Source: an uncultured Bacteroides sp.
Lineage (GTDB): Bacteria > Bacteroidota > Bacteroidia > Bacteroidales > Bacteroidaceae
Length of the DNA stretch: 64,000 bases
Direction of reading: 5' to 3'
Assembly (NCBI GenBank): GCA_947074205.1
Contig: CAMTOQ010000014.1
Location: forward strand, 400-64,399
Shown piece after piece: positions 8,973 through 19,400 of the stretch (position 1 is the first letter of the stretch; each line of letters begins with the position of its first letter). A program made the translations under genes and the position numbers. The notes beneath the pieces are model-generated. The model saw nothing but the letters and a program-made list of their open reading frames with translations, was not told the DNA's origin and searched no databases.

Positions 8973-10769
8973 ATGAAAACTTGGAAACCTAATTTAGAAG
9001 AGACTAAAAAAAGATATACTGATTGGTGGAATGGGAAAGGCATTGTGCTCAATATGTGGGAACATTTTCAAGATGGTGTGACTCCACATGCAGACATTAT
9101 AGCTCCACAGCCGCCAAAAGACTTAAACCAGAAATGGTTTGACCCCGAATGGCGAGCCAATTACCTAAATTGGTATGTTGCACATAGTTCAATGAAGGCA
9201 GATATCTTACCTGTTGCTAACGCTCACCTTGGACCTGGATCATTGGCGGCTATACTTGGTGGAGTATTCGAAGGCGGTGAAGATACTATTTGGATCCATC
9301 CTAATCCTAATTTCACTGACGATATCACTTTCGATGCTAACAACCCCAATTGGCTGCTGCATAAAGAATTACTAAAGGCGTGTAAAGCTAAAGCAAACGG
9401 AAACTACTATGTAGGTATGCCCGACCTAATGGAAGGACTAGATGTATTGGCGGCTTTAAAGGGTACAGATATGGTGCTACTCGATACAGTGATGCAACCC
9501 GAAGTACTTGAACAGCAGATGCAACAGATTAACGACATCTACTTCCGTGTTTTTGACGAGCTTTATGATATTATACGTGAGGGTGACGAGATGGCTTTCT
9601 GCTACTTCTCGGCTTGGGCACCGGGACGAATGACTAAACTACAGAGCGACATATCTACGATGATTAGTCAAGATGACTTCCGCCGTTTTGTGCAGCCCTT
9701 TATTCGCGAGCAGTGCCAAAAGATAGACTATACGCTTTACCACTTGGATGGTGTAGGCGCTATGCATCATCTTCCTGCCCTATTAGAGATTAAGGAACTT
9801 AATGCAATACAATGGACACCCGGTGTAGGTGAACCACAAGGAGGGTCGGCAAAATGGTACGACCTTTATAAACAGATTCTCGCTGCAGGCAAAAGCATCA
9901 TGGCATGCTGGGTTACTCTTGACGAGCTACGCCCACTACTCGACAATATTGGTGGCGATGGTGTGCATCTTGAGATGGACTTCCACAACGAGAAAGAGGT
10001 GGAAGAAGCTATGCGCATCATTGAAGAGTATAAAAATAGCTCAACTGCAAAGACTGTAGATAAAGAAATCAGCGACAAAGATGGCGGAACTACTGAAACG
10101 ATTACAATAAGCACTGAATCTGATTCTAAAGATGAAGCTCTTGCCCCACTCTATGATGCTATTGTAGCAGGTAAACTGGAAGCGGCAGTAGAGACTACAC
10201 AAAAAGCTATTGCGGAAGGGGTTGCCCCTCAAATGCTGATCAACAACTATATGATCAAAGCGATGGGCGAAGTTGGTCAACGTTTCCAAGATGGTAAGGC
10301 CTTTGTACCCCAACTATTGATGGCGGGACGTGCTATGAAGGGAGCACTTGAGTTGCTAAAACCTTTATTGCAAGGCAGCGCATCAACTACAATTGGCAAA
10401 GTAGTGATTGGTACAGTAAAGGGCGACTTACATGATATTGGTAAAAACCTTGTAGCTTCCATGCTCGAAGGCTGTGGCTTCGAAGTAGTGAATATCGGTA
10501 TCGATGTCCCTGCTGAGACTTTCGTAGAGGCAGTTAAAGAGCACAATGCAGATATTCTTTGCATGAGCGCTTTGTTAACTACTACTATGACCTATATGAA
10601 AGAAGTGATTGATGCTTTGGAAGCTGCCGGCATTCGCAATGATGTCAAAGTGATGATAGGAGGTGCTCCAGTAAACAAACAATTTGCCGAAGAGATTGGC
10701 GCTGATGGCTATAGCGACAATGCCAACTCGGCCGTCGCAGTAGCTAAAGAGCTACTCGGTAAAAAATAG
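8973..10769 (+). CDS. UroD-fold methyltransferase (MT1-like) fused to a corrinoid-binding protein
   Basis: N-terminal ~355-aa UroD-like barrel (LQSD, YHLDG, AIQW), Ser/Thr/acidic linker, cap domain (FVPQLLMAG), B12-binding GDLHDIGKNLV...SAL...IGGAP. Confidence 0.85.
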   Translation: MKTWKPNLEETKKRYTDWWNGKGIVLNMWEHFQDGVTPHADIIAPQPPKDLNQKWFDPEWRANYLNWYVAHSSMKADILPVANAHLGPGSLAAILGGVFEGGEDTIWIHPNPNFTDDITFDANNPNWLLHKELLKACKAKANGNYYVGMPDLMEGLDVLAALKGTDMVLLDTVMQPEVLEQQMQQINDIYFRVFDELYDIIREGDEMAFCYFSAWAPGRMTKLQSDISTMISQDDFRRFVQPFIREQCQKIDYTLYHLDGVGAMHHLPALLEIKELNAIQWTPGVGEPQGGSAKWYDLYKQILAAGKSIMACWVTLDELRPLLDNIGGDGVHLEMDFHNEKEVEEAMRIIEEYKNSSTAKTVDKEISDKDGGTTETITISTESDSKDEALAPLYDAIVAGKLEAAVETTQKAIAEGVAPQMLINNYMIKAMGEVGQRFQDGKAFVPQLLMAGRAMKGALELLKPLLQGSASTTIGKVVIGTVKGDLHDIGKNLVASMLEGCGFEVVNIGIDVPAETFVEAVKEHNADILCMSALLTTTMTYMKEVIDALEAAGIRNDVKVMIGGAPVNKQFAEEIGADGYSDNANSAVAVAKELLGKK

Positions 10770-10808
10770 AAAAACACAGTACAATTAACTTACATCTAAA
10801 ATACTAAC

Positions 10809-12386
10809 ATGATAAACAATAACCATTTTTTATATTCACTTGACTGGTTTATCCTGATACTTTACTTTGTCATATTGATTAGTATTGGTATTTGGGCTAG
10901 TTTAAAACGCAAGAAAGGGAGCAGTCTCTTTCTTGCTGAACGTTCACTGCGTTGGTATCACATTGGTTTCTCTATGTGGGGAACTAATGTAGGGCCTTCC
11001 ATGCTTATAGCATCTGCTAGTGCTGGGTTTACCACCGGCATCGTTTCGGGAAATTTTGCTTGGTATGCATTTATCTTTATTGGACTACTTGCTTTTGTTT
11101 TTGCACCGAGGTATCTCGGTACACGTATCACTACTCTACCCGAATTTATGGGAAGACGATTTGGCGAATCGACACGTAACATACTTGCTTGGTATACCAT
11201 CGTTACAATTCTTATATCATGGTTAGCATTGACACTGTTTGCCGGAGGAGTATTGATTAGACAGATATTCGACTTCCCTATGTGGCAATCGGCTATCATA
11301 CTTTTGCTAATCGCTGCCTTCTTCACGATGGCAGGAGGACTAAAAGCAGTGGCCTATACCAACGTGTTCCAGATGCTACTGTTGATATTTGTCTCTTCTG
11401 CGCTAACCATTGCAGGTATTCACAAAGTAGGCGGTATCAATGCATTGGTAGAATCTGTACCTAGCGAATATTGGAACCTATTTAAGCCTAACTCTGACAC
11501 CGACTTTCCTTGGTTGCCTATCCTATTGGGTTACCCCATCATGGGTGTATGGTTCTGGTGTACCGATCAGTCGATGGTGCAGCCGGTATTAGCTGCAAAA
11601 AGTCTGAAAGAAGGACAGCTGGGTGCCAACTTTACCGGTTGGCTAAAGATTTTGGATGTACCTCTTTATATACTACCGGGTGTGATATGCTTCGCACTCT
11701 ATCCTCAAATAGAGCATCCCGATGCTGCCTATATGACAATGGTGAGCAATCTATTCCCCGCGGGCATGGTGGGATTGATTTTAGCAGTAATGGTAGCTGC
11801 ACTTGTCAGTACTATTGGTTCTGCGCTCAATGCACTTAGCACGGTATTCACTATGGATATCTATGTGAAGAATATTAAGCCTAAAGCAAACAATAAGCAG
11901 ATTGTAAAGGTAGGCAGAATAGTAACTGTGGTAGGCGCATTAATATCTGTTATCATCACTGTAGCAATAGACAGCATTCACGGATTGAATTTGTTCAATG
12001 TATTTCAGTCTGTTCTAGGTTTTATTGCCCCTCCTATGGCCGCAGTATTTCTATTCGGTATATTCTGGAAGAAAACATCTACAAGAGCAGCAAATTTCGC
12101 TTTGATCTTTGGAACTATATTCAGTATAGGTACTGGTATTTTATATCTTTGGGTATTCCCCGCCGATGTATATACAGCTTGGCCACACTTCATGCTTCTA
12201 TCTTTCTATATTTTCGTCGTAATAGGCATAGCAATGGCGCTTATCTCAGTATGCAGTAAGGAAAAGCAAGATAACGCATTAAATATAGAAATTATTGAAG
12301 AGAAAACATATCCATCAGTAATATTTGCGTGGGCTTTACTAGCAATTGTTATGGTGGGCTTGTATGTCTATTTTAACGGACACTAG
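10809..12386 (+). CDS. Sodium:solute symporter (SSS/SLC5, Na+/sugar-like)
   Basis: Many hydrophobic helices; TLPEFMGRRF, GGLKAVAYT, WFWCTDQSMVQ, STVFTMDIY motifs. Confidence 0.92.
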   Translation: MINNNHFLYSLDWFILILYFVILISIGIWASLKRKKGSSLFLAERSLRWYHIGFSMWGTNVGPSMLIASASAGFTTGIVSGNFAWYAFIFIGLLAFVFAPRYLGTRITTLPEFMGRRFGESTRNILAWYTIVTILISWLALTLFAGGVLIRQIFDFPMWQSAIILLLIAAFFTMAGGLKAVAYTNVFQMLLLIFVSSALTIAGIHKVGGINALVESVPSEYWNLFKPNSDTDFPWLPILLGYPIMGVWFWCTDQSMVQPVLAAKSLKEGQLGANFTGWLKILDVPLYILPGVICFALYPQIEHPDAAYMTMVSNLFPAGMVGLILAVMVAALVSTIGSALNALSTVFTMDIYVKNIKPKANNKQIVKVGRIVTVVGALISVIITVAIDSIHGLNLFNVFQSVLGFIAPPMAAVFLFGIFWKKTSTRAANFALIFGTIFSIGTGILYLWVFPADVYTAWPHFMLLSFYIFVVIGIAMALISVCSKEKQDNALNIEIIEEKTYPSVIFAWALLAIVMVGLYVYFNGH

Positions 12387-12416
12387 GTCAAAATAAAGTA
12401 GAGTTATTCTACGGAT

Positions 12417-12467
12417 AATCCCCTTATCTAATCATTAAATACAGTGATTAGATAAGGGGATTTTTTT
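12417..12467 (+). terminator. Intrinsic terminator after the symporter gene
   Basis: 18-bp inverted repeat AATCCCCTTATCTAATCA / TGATTAGATAAGGGGATT followed by a T tract. Confidence 0.85.
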
Positions 12468-12495
12468 GTGCAGATAACTTCGAATGATAGATACA

Positions 12496-12590
12496 CATTG
12501 CTACATTGGTAGCAACAGCTACTCACCATGCTGGCAATAGCTACTCACCGTGGTAGGAACAGCTACTCAGCAAGGTAGCAAGCCCTTGCC
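12496..12590. repeat. 22-bp tandem palindromic repeat, copy 1
   Basis: Units GCTACTCACCATGCTGGCAATA (12518), GCTACTCACCGTGGTAGGAACA (12540), GCTACTCAGCAAGGTAGCAAGC (12562), plus a degenerate leading unit. Confidence 0.85.
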
Positions 12591-12637
12591 AGTAACACAG
12601 CATATCATATACTGATTTACAATACTTTACGCTTGCG

Positions 12638-13330
12638 CTAACGCTTCCTGCGAAAGCAACTCTCGAGGCTGCATAAACCACAAGTATAATCTAGTTTGCG
12701 AACGTCTTTACCAATACCTATAACACCACTAACAGACTTTATAGGGAGCATCAGGCTTGAATCGGTAAGCGTAACACCACAAGGTTTCTCGTCCTCGAAA
12801 AGTGAGAATAACAATTTTTGCTGCGACACATGCCACCCACAATAGCCAGGGCTATATCGATTGGTGTGACGCAGAGAGTCAGATTCTAAAGCAGTTTCAA
12901 GGACTCTCTCCATCGCATCAGCACTCTTCTCGGCAATAATGCTTCCTAGGGTATCAGCAATGTAACTTTTCAGAATGTCACCTTTGATAGAGGGGCTTTG
13001 CTGCCACTCTTCAAACTCTTGCCCGGCAGTTGCTACAAAGAAAAGAAAAGATTGAGATTTGAGCAGTTGACGTGAAATGATAGAGCCCATAGAAAATGAT
13101 ATTTCGCCGATTGACAGCAGTTTTCTTTCTGAATCTATATGCCCCTCTGACGTGAAATATTGAAAGCGTGGACGTAAAATAGTGTGCAACTGATTGAGTA
13201 GAGAATCTATTTCGAATTCTAGCGAGGAATCAGTAAAAGCACTATCGCATCCCATCGCCTGAAGTACTTCGGGCAATGAGATGGATAAATCTGAATATTT
13301 TAATTCACTCTTATTTTGTATTGAAATCAT
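12638..13330 (-). CDS. Stand-alone methionine synthase B12 activation (AdoMet-binding) domain protein
   Basis: FVATAG, NRYSPGYCGW, SLMLPIKSVSG motifs; C-terminal CxxCxxxxC. Start set at ATG 13330, overlapping the upstream gene. Confidence 0.82.
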   Translation of the reverse strand: MISIQNKSELKYSDLSISLPEVLQAMGCDSAFTDSSLEFEIDSLLNQLHTILRPRFQYFTSEGHIDSERKLLSIGEISFSMGSIISRQLLKSQSFLFFVATAGQEFEEWQQSPSIKGDILKSYIADTLGSIIAEKSADAMERVLETALESDSLRHTNRYSPGYCGWHVSQQKLLFSLFEDEKPCGVTLTDSSLMLPIKSVSGVIGIGKDVRKLDYTCGLCSLESCFRRKR

Positions 13331-14321
13331 GAAGGGCTTTGAAGAAGGCATCTATATTGGCAAATGGAGTATGTGGCGGAGTGTCGCAACCACTTGAGAG
13401 CACAAAATTTGGATAAGACTTAGTTCTTTCTAAAAGATCTATTGTTGCATCATACATTTCGTCTACAGTAGCTGCTTTGAAAAGGCTTACAGGGTCTAGA
13501 TTACCCATAGCTAACTTATCAGCTGGAACTACCTTCAACGCATCCACCATATCAATTTTATTGCCAAAATGGAAAGCATCGGCACCACTTTCGACCATGG
13601 CCTCAGTGCAATGACCGGTATTACCGCAGTTGTGCAGCACCACCATGAAATTTTCGTCTTGCACCTTATCGACTATCGTTTTTATATAAGCCGATGAGAA
13701 GTCTCGACAATCGTCATTGGATAACAATCCGGCTGCCGGTTCGGCCATGATAATACCATTAACGCCGGTTGCTTTGAGGGCCATGCAATAACGCAAAATA
13801 AAGTCGGAACATTTGCGAAGCAATTGAGCAGCAGCCTCAGGGTTGATATAGATCAGCATCATGATTTCGGACATATCATATAGGCGTCCTGCCAAAGAAT
13901 ACGGACCGATACAACCGGCAAATACGGGTCTATCTGTGATATTTTTCGCGGCCAGCATATTTGCTTTCAAATATTGTGGAACTCGACCTTTATTGAGTGC
14001 AGGAATTTCCAGTTTATCAATTGATGCTTCGTCAGTCAATAGGCGCCCCATCACACTGGGCACTTCGTTTTCGGGGAAAACGATTTGTGCGCCAAAGGCT
14101 TCGGCCTCTACAGTAAGGTCCATAATAACTGAAGCTGCAGCCGTTGGGTATTTATCTGCCAATGTTTTTATAGCTTCGTATTGCACCATGCCATCTTTAA
14201 CAGCATCGCATACAGTCTTTCCGATCATTTCTATTCCAGGATGAGTCATTACCGGTATTGCCACAACCTCTTTTTGGTTGATGATACCTTTAGCCCACTC
14301 CCTCATGTCTCGTTTACTCAT
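13311..14321 (-). CDS. MtaA/MtbA-like methylcobamide:thiol methyltransferase (UroD family)
   Basis: DLTVEAEAFG, GPYSLA, Zn motif LHNCG...SSGCD, GNLDP. Confidence 0.85.
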   Translation of the reverse strand: MSKRDMREWAKGIINQKEVVAIPVMTHPGIEMIGKTVCDAVKDGMVQYEAIKTLADKYPTAAASVIMDLTVEAEAFGAQIVFPENEVPSVMGRLLTDEASIDKLEIPALNKGRVPQYLKANMLAAKNITDRPVFAGCIGPYSLAGRLYDMSEIMMLIYINPEAAAQLLRKCSDFILRYCMALKATGVNGIIMAEPAAGLLSNDDCRDFSSAYIKTIVDKVQDENFMVVLHNCGNTGHCTEAMVESGADAFHFGNKIDMVDALKVVPADKLAMGNLDPVSLFKAATVDEMYDATIDLLERTKSYPNFVLSSGCDTPPHTPFANIDAFFKALHDFNTK

Positions 14322-14364
14322 AGTTGTATTAGTTTTTTGTTTACACCGAAATTTCTAACTATTA

Positions 14365-14391
14365 GACGCGAAGTGAAGGTTGTTTGTACTT
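14365..14391 (-). promoter_or_regulatory. Putative ECF promoter AAGTAC-N17-CGTC for the MT2/reactivase operon
   Basis: Minus strand AAGTAC aaacaaccttcacttcg CGTC, 43 bp before the ATG; spacer is 1 bp longer than in the other copies. Confidence 0.6.
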
Positions 14392-14403
14392 ATCTGATAA
14401 AAG

Positions 14404-14440
14404 AAAAAAGGCTAGCGTTTTATGATAAAACGCTAGCCTT
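14404..14440 (-). terminator. Intrinsic terminator after susD
   Basis: AAGGCTAGCGTTTTA / TAAAACGCTAGCCTT inverted repeat with a T tract on the minus strand. Confidence 0.85.
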
Positions 14441-14475
14441 CACTATTCATGTATTAATAATACTGTTCTTCGATA

Positions 14476-16443
14476 TTAGTAACCATTAGTACCATATTCG
14501 TCTGCATTCTCAATTTGACTTAAGAAAGTGAATGAGATAGGACGAACATAATTCTTTTGGCTAAAGCTTTGTGCCGCACGTGGATTGTAAGCAGCCAAAC
14601 GAGTTTCGAACGCTTTGTGACGTTTCAACAAAGCCCAACGGCTGAACTCACCACACAATTCGCGAGCATATTCGTCGAAGATATCGTTTTGTGTTGCAGT
14701 AGTCAATTTCATGTGAGCATCGAAATCGGCAGCGTTGCGACAAGCACGTTTACGAAGCACGTTAAGTTGTTCTGCAGCAGCATTACCATTACCTAGTACC
14801 ACATTGGCTTCAGCAGCAATCAAGTAAACCTCGGCCATACGCATGATGAACATATCACCGGTCTTACGTTGAAGGTTACCACCATTGAAACCACCCTTAA
14901 AGTTGAAGTTAAACTTATTAAGTGATGGGTATTGAGTGTAAGTATTAGTACCTTGTTCGTCGATGAAAGTCTCAACATAAGTACCGTCTGCTTTAAATAA
15001 ATCGTCGATATTTACACAGATATATCCGCGTTTAGCTTTATCCTCAGCAGTCAAATAGTCTTTAGAAAGATAGAGTATAAAACGATTTTCATCTTCTGCC
15101 AATGGATATGGATTAACATATACATTCTTCACTGTCTCAGCATTAGCAACATTACCAGATGTATCGCCAAAAGGCCATACTGTAGCAACATATTGGTTAC
15201 CACCATTAGAACCTACATTGTCAGCGTCTACTTCTGCATAAGGGTAGATTTTACTACCAACGAAGCTAGGATCAATGCCATATTTAGTACACTGAGCTTC
15301 TGTAAGGGTGATTGTAGAATTCTTGTCATCGTAACTTCTCCATCCGGCTTTTACCATTGAGAAAAGTGAAAATGCTGTAGTAAATGAGTTCTCCCAACGT
15401 TTGTCATAAGTTGCGTCGAAACAATCCACCAAATACTTAGAAGGTGCGTAAAGGTTGTTGTTTACACGTCCATACAAATAGTTTTGCTTGTTTGATACAG
15501 AATAGATATCATTCAACTTGTTAGGATCACAGAATGTATAAGTAAATAGTGTATTCGCATTGAAACCATAAATATACGACTCAGAACCTGCATGAGGACC
15601 ACCTGCGATAAATAAAGCTTCTTTATTATTACGGTTGTTTGCTTGCGCCCATACATCAGCCACGTCATCATATAGATATGCACCATAAGCTGCTTGATTA
15701 GCAATCAAATCTTCAGCAACCTCTTTAGCACGTTGCCAATAAGATACACCATTTTCTGAAAGACCTTCGCCAGCGCCTTGAGCATAAGCTCTTGCCATCA
15801 AGCCCAAAGCTGTTTTCTTGCTCACACGTGCATAGTTGCCGTCCATTGGGTTTACACCCAATACTTGAGCAGCATCTTTCAAATCTGAGATGATCAAGTT
15901 ATAGATATCTTCTGTTGTAGAACGCGTAGGATTCATCACAGGGTTTTCAGAAGATTCTGTAGTAGTAAGAGTTACGTTACCAAACTGAGTTACTAAAAGC
16001 ATGTAATAGTATGCACGCAAACACTTAGCTTCTGCTACAACAGTAGCAAGAGTGCCCATATCGCCACTTGTTACATCCAATGATCTATTGATCACGGCAT
16101 TACAAGTATTGATCATGGTATAGGCCTGAGTAAACAGCTTGTTAGTACCATTGGTACTTGTAGTCAACCCTTCATAATAGAAAAGCTGCTGTGTATTAGT
16201 CTTATTGTTGGCTGTTAACCAAAGGTCTGTTCCTGCTTCTGCTACCGATAGGTAGTCAGAAGCTGAAAACAATTGTTCGTAAAGTGGAGTGTAGCAGTAA
16301 GAAGACAACTGTTTCAAACCGTCCACAGTCTTTAGTTCTTCACCGCCAGATGTATCACTAGGGTTGTATTCGTCGAGGCCACAAGACATAACTGAAGCCG
16401 ACAAACACGTAAACATCGCTATCTTATATAGAGTACTTTTCAT
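14476..16443 (-). CDS. susD: SusD/RagB family lipoprotein
   Basis: Lipobox SVMSC; EAKCLRAYYY, RMAEVYLIAAEA, EYARELCGEFSRW motifs; downstream of susC. Confidence 0.93.
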   Translation of the reverse strand: MKSTLYKIAMFTCLSASVMSCGLDEYNPSDTSGGEELKTVDGLKQLSSYCYTPLYEQLFSASDYLSVAEAGTDLWLTANNKTNTQQLFYYEGLTTSTNGTNKLFTQAYTMINTCNAVINRSLDVTSGDMGTLATVVAEAKCLRAYYYMLLVTQFGNVTLTTTESSENPVMNPTRSTTEDIYNLIISDLKDAAQVLGVNPMDGNYARVSKKTALGLMARAYAQGAGEGLSENGVSYWQRAKEVAEDLIANQAAYGAYLYDDVADVWAQANNRNNKEALFIAGGPHAGSESYIYGFNANTLFTYTFCDPNKLNDIYSVSNKQNYLYGRVNNNLYAPSKYLVDCFDATYDKRWENSFTTAFSLFSMVKAGWRSYDDKNSTITLTEAQCTKYGIDPSFVGSKIYPYAEVDADNVGSNGGNQYVATVWPFGDTSGNVANAETVKNVYVNPYPLAEDENRFILYLSKDYLTAEDKAKRGYICVNIDDLFKADGTYVETFIDEQGTNTYTQYPSLNKFNFNFKGGFNGGNLQRKTGDMFIMRMAEVYLIAAEANVVLGNGNAAAEQLNVLRKRACRNAADFDAHMKLTTATQNDIFDEYARELCGEFSRWALLKRHKAFETRLAAYNPRAAQSFSQKNYVRPISFTFLSQIENADEYGTNGY

Positions 16444-16462
16444 TGTTTTACGCTTTAATTAG

Positions 16463-19400
16463 TTAGAATGATAAGTTTAATCCAAATACTAATTGTTTAG
16501 TCAATGGATAGTTAAAGCTACCGTTCATTTCTGGGTCATAGTCTTTCAACAAATGGCTTTTTGCAATAACCAAAGGATTGGTCAATGTAGCATAAACACG
16601 GCAGTTGCTGAAACGAGCTTTCTTGAGCACACTCTGTGGGAATGTGTAACCCAGAGTGATGTTCTTGATTTTGAAGTACGAACCATCAACATAGTTCAAA
16701 GAAGCATAACCAGTGTAGCTATTAATGCTGCGATTAGCGTTCAATGCTGGGAAGTCGTTCGAAGGATTGTCTTCTGTCCAGTAGTTGAAATAAGTTGGGA
16801 AGTTGCCAACACCTGTTGGATCATAGTAACCCATCATATCGTACTTAATCATTTGTCCCCAACGGAAGAATGCATAGATTGTCAAATCGAAGCCTTTATA
16901 AGTGAAACGATTTTGGAAACCCATTGTCCATTTTGGTGAGTTATGACCAATTACTTGGTTATCATTTTCGCTATAAGCGTAAGGATTCTCAGCGTTATAA
17001 TAGATCACCTCACCATTAGCATTAGTCAATGGTTGGCCATCAGCACCCACTTTGTAGAACTGACCATCAGCATACTTCTTCATGTTAGGTACGTTGATCT
17101 TGATGTCACCAGGGTTTGATCCGAAAGCTGCAGCATCAACTAGTTCGTTCTTTTGCCACATGCCGTCAATCTTGTAAGCATAGAAAGAGTTTACAGGATG
17201 ACCAATGTTCAACCAATAATCAGTATTGGCATTCTTGATGTGATCTGAAGTACCACCTACTAGTGATTCAACTTTCTCGTTGTTCAAAGTAAAAGTCAAC
17301 GTAGTATCCCAAGTGAAATCTCTAGTAGCAAAGTTGTGAGTATTCAAGGTCATCTCGAAACCGTTGTTCTTTGTCTTAGCAATGTTACGAGCGATTGTAT
17401 ACTGTGTAGTAGAGTTGTAGCCACCATTCACGATAGGAAGACTTTGATTCCAGATTACACCATCCGTCTTAGTGATGTAGTAGTCCATTGTCAAATCGAT
17501 GCGACGGTTAAAGAAAGCCAAGTCTACACCAAAGTTTGTATTGTGAGATTTCTCCCAAGTCAAACCTGTATTCGAAATGTTCTGAGAAAAAAGGTAAGTA
17601 GGAACCAGTTCACCACCCAAGCTATAGTAACCATCTTCTAGAGTAGCTACAGTAGAGTAAGGATTGATAGAAGCAGCACCAGTCACACCATAACCTACAC
17701 GAATCTTGAAGTTATCCAAATATTTTCTGGTTGGCTCCATAAACTTCTCTTCTGATACAACCCATCCTGCAGAGACAGCAGGGAAAGTGCTCCATCTATT
17801 ATCACTAGAAAGACGAGAAGAACCATCATGGCGAACTGAAGCCGAGAATAAATATTTGCTCAAGTAAGAGTAATTGACACGACCTACAAGACCCATACCT
17901 TTTGACATGGTATAGTTGGAGTAAACCTGACCATTACCATTCATGTTGTGCCACAAATAAGAGTTGTTCTTAATATTATCTTGATACTGTTGAGCTTGAT
18001 CGTTTTGGTTATGATTCCAAGATGTTACACCGGTAATAGCAATATTGTGCTCATTATTGATGGTAAAACCATAATTGAAGATATTCTCCCACTTGTAGTT
18101 GTACGATCTGTTGTTGTTGATACGCGCAAAAACATTTGTAGATGTTTTTGTTGCATCTGGACCATCGGCAACATAATATTGATAAGAACCAATACCTTGG
18201 AAGTAGTTAGTACGATTGAAATTCAAACTAGCATTTACACGAGATTGAATAGAGAAACCCTTGAATGGACGTACCTCGATGTAAGGACTAAGATACATCT
18301 TGAAGTTTTGTACATTGTTTCTGTATACACTCTTATCTTCGTTCAGCATAAGATTGATAGTGTTACCATCACCTGGAACCGGAGTGATATTCACTGAACC
18401 ATCTTCATTGTGAGTAGTACCAAGAGGTACAGCAGTCAATGCATTGATCAAACGAGAGTAAGCTCTATCTTGGTGTACATAAGAAGCTTGCATATTAACC
18501 CCGGCACTCAACCAAGGAGTTACTTTCTGATCGATACTCATGTTGGTAGAGTATACCTTATAGTTGTCACCAGAATATTGACCTTTTTCGTCTGAGAAGT
18601 TCAAAGAGAAGTAAGCTTTTGTCTTATCGGTACCGCCTGAAACAGATACACTATAGTTTTGTACAAAGCCATTTTGCAACAACTCATCTCCCCAATTGAT
18701 ATATTGATTATTCAAGGCAGCTTGATAAGCCTCAGGAGAAGAGAAAAGTCCCTCATCGTTCGAATAAGTTCCAGCAATTTGATTGGCTTGACGCAACACG
18801 TCTACATAAGAGTCTCCCATACGCATAGTAGGAAGCTTAGACCAGCCATTGAAACCACCATGAATATTTAGGTTAACAGCCATCTTGCCTTCGCTACCTT
18901 TTTTAGTTGTAATAATGATTACACCATTGGCACCTTGCGAACCATATACAGCTGTAGAAGAAGCATCTTTCAATACTTCGATAGACTCAATATCATTAGG
19001 ATTTAATGTAGAATAGTCGCCAGGCATACCGTCGATGATAAACATTGGGTTGCCACTAGCCGAGAAAGAGCGGTTACCACGAAGTTGCATATTTACTCCG
19101 GCACCTGCTTGACCTGAACTTTGAGTAATATCTAGACCAGCCACACGACCTTGTAACGCAGCCATAGGGTTTGAACTAGGCGAAAGAGTGATATCGCTAC
19201 TCTTTACAGAAGACACCGCACCCGTTAGGTCGCGCTTCTTTACTGTACCATAACCAATAACCACAACTTCATCTAGAGCCTGAGTATCTGGATCTAGTTT
19301 AATGTTAAACTGAGTATTATTACCTACAGTTACAACTTTAGGGTTGTATCCAATGTAAGAAAACTCAAGTGTATTAGAATTCGAAGGTAAGTTAAGAGTA

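Noticed and set aside
4660-14475. Cobalamin riboswitch for the corrinoid genes
   Set aside because: Predicted leaders are only about 40 nt and no B12-box motif was seen.
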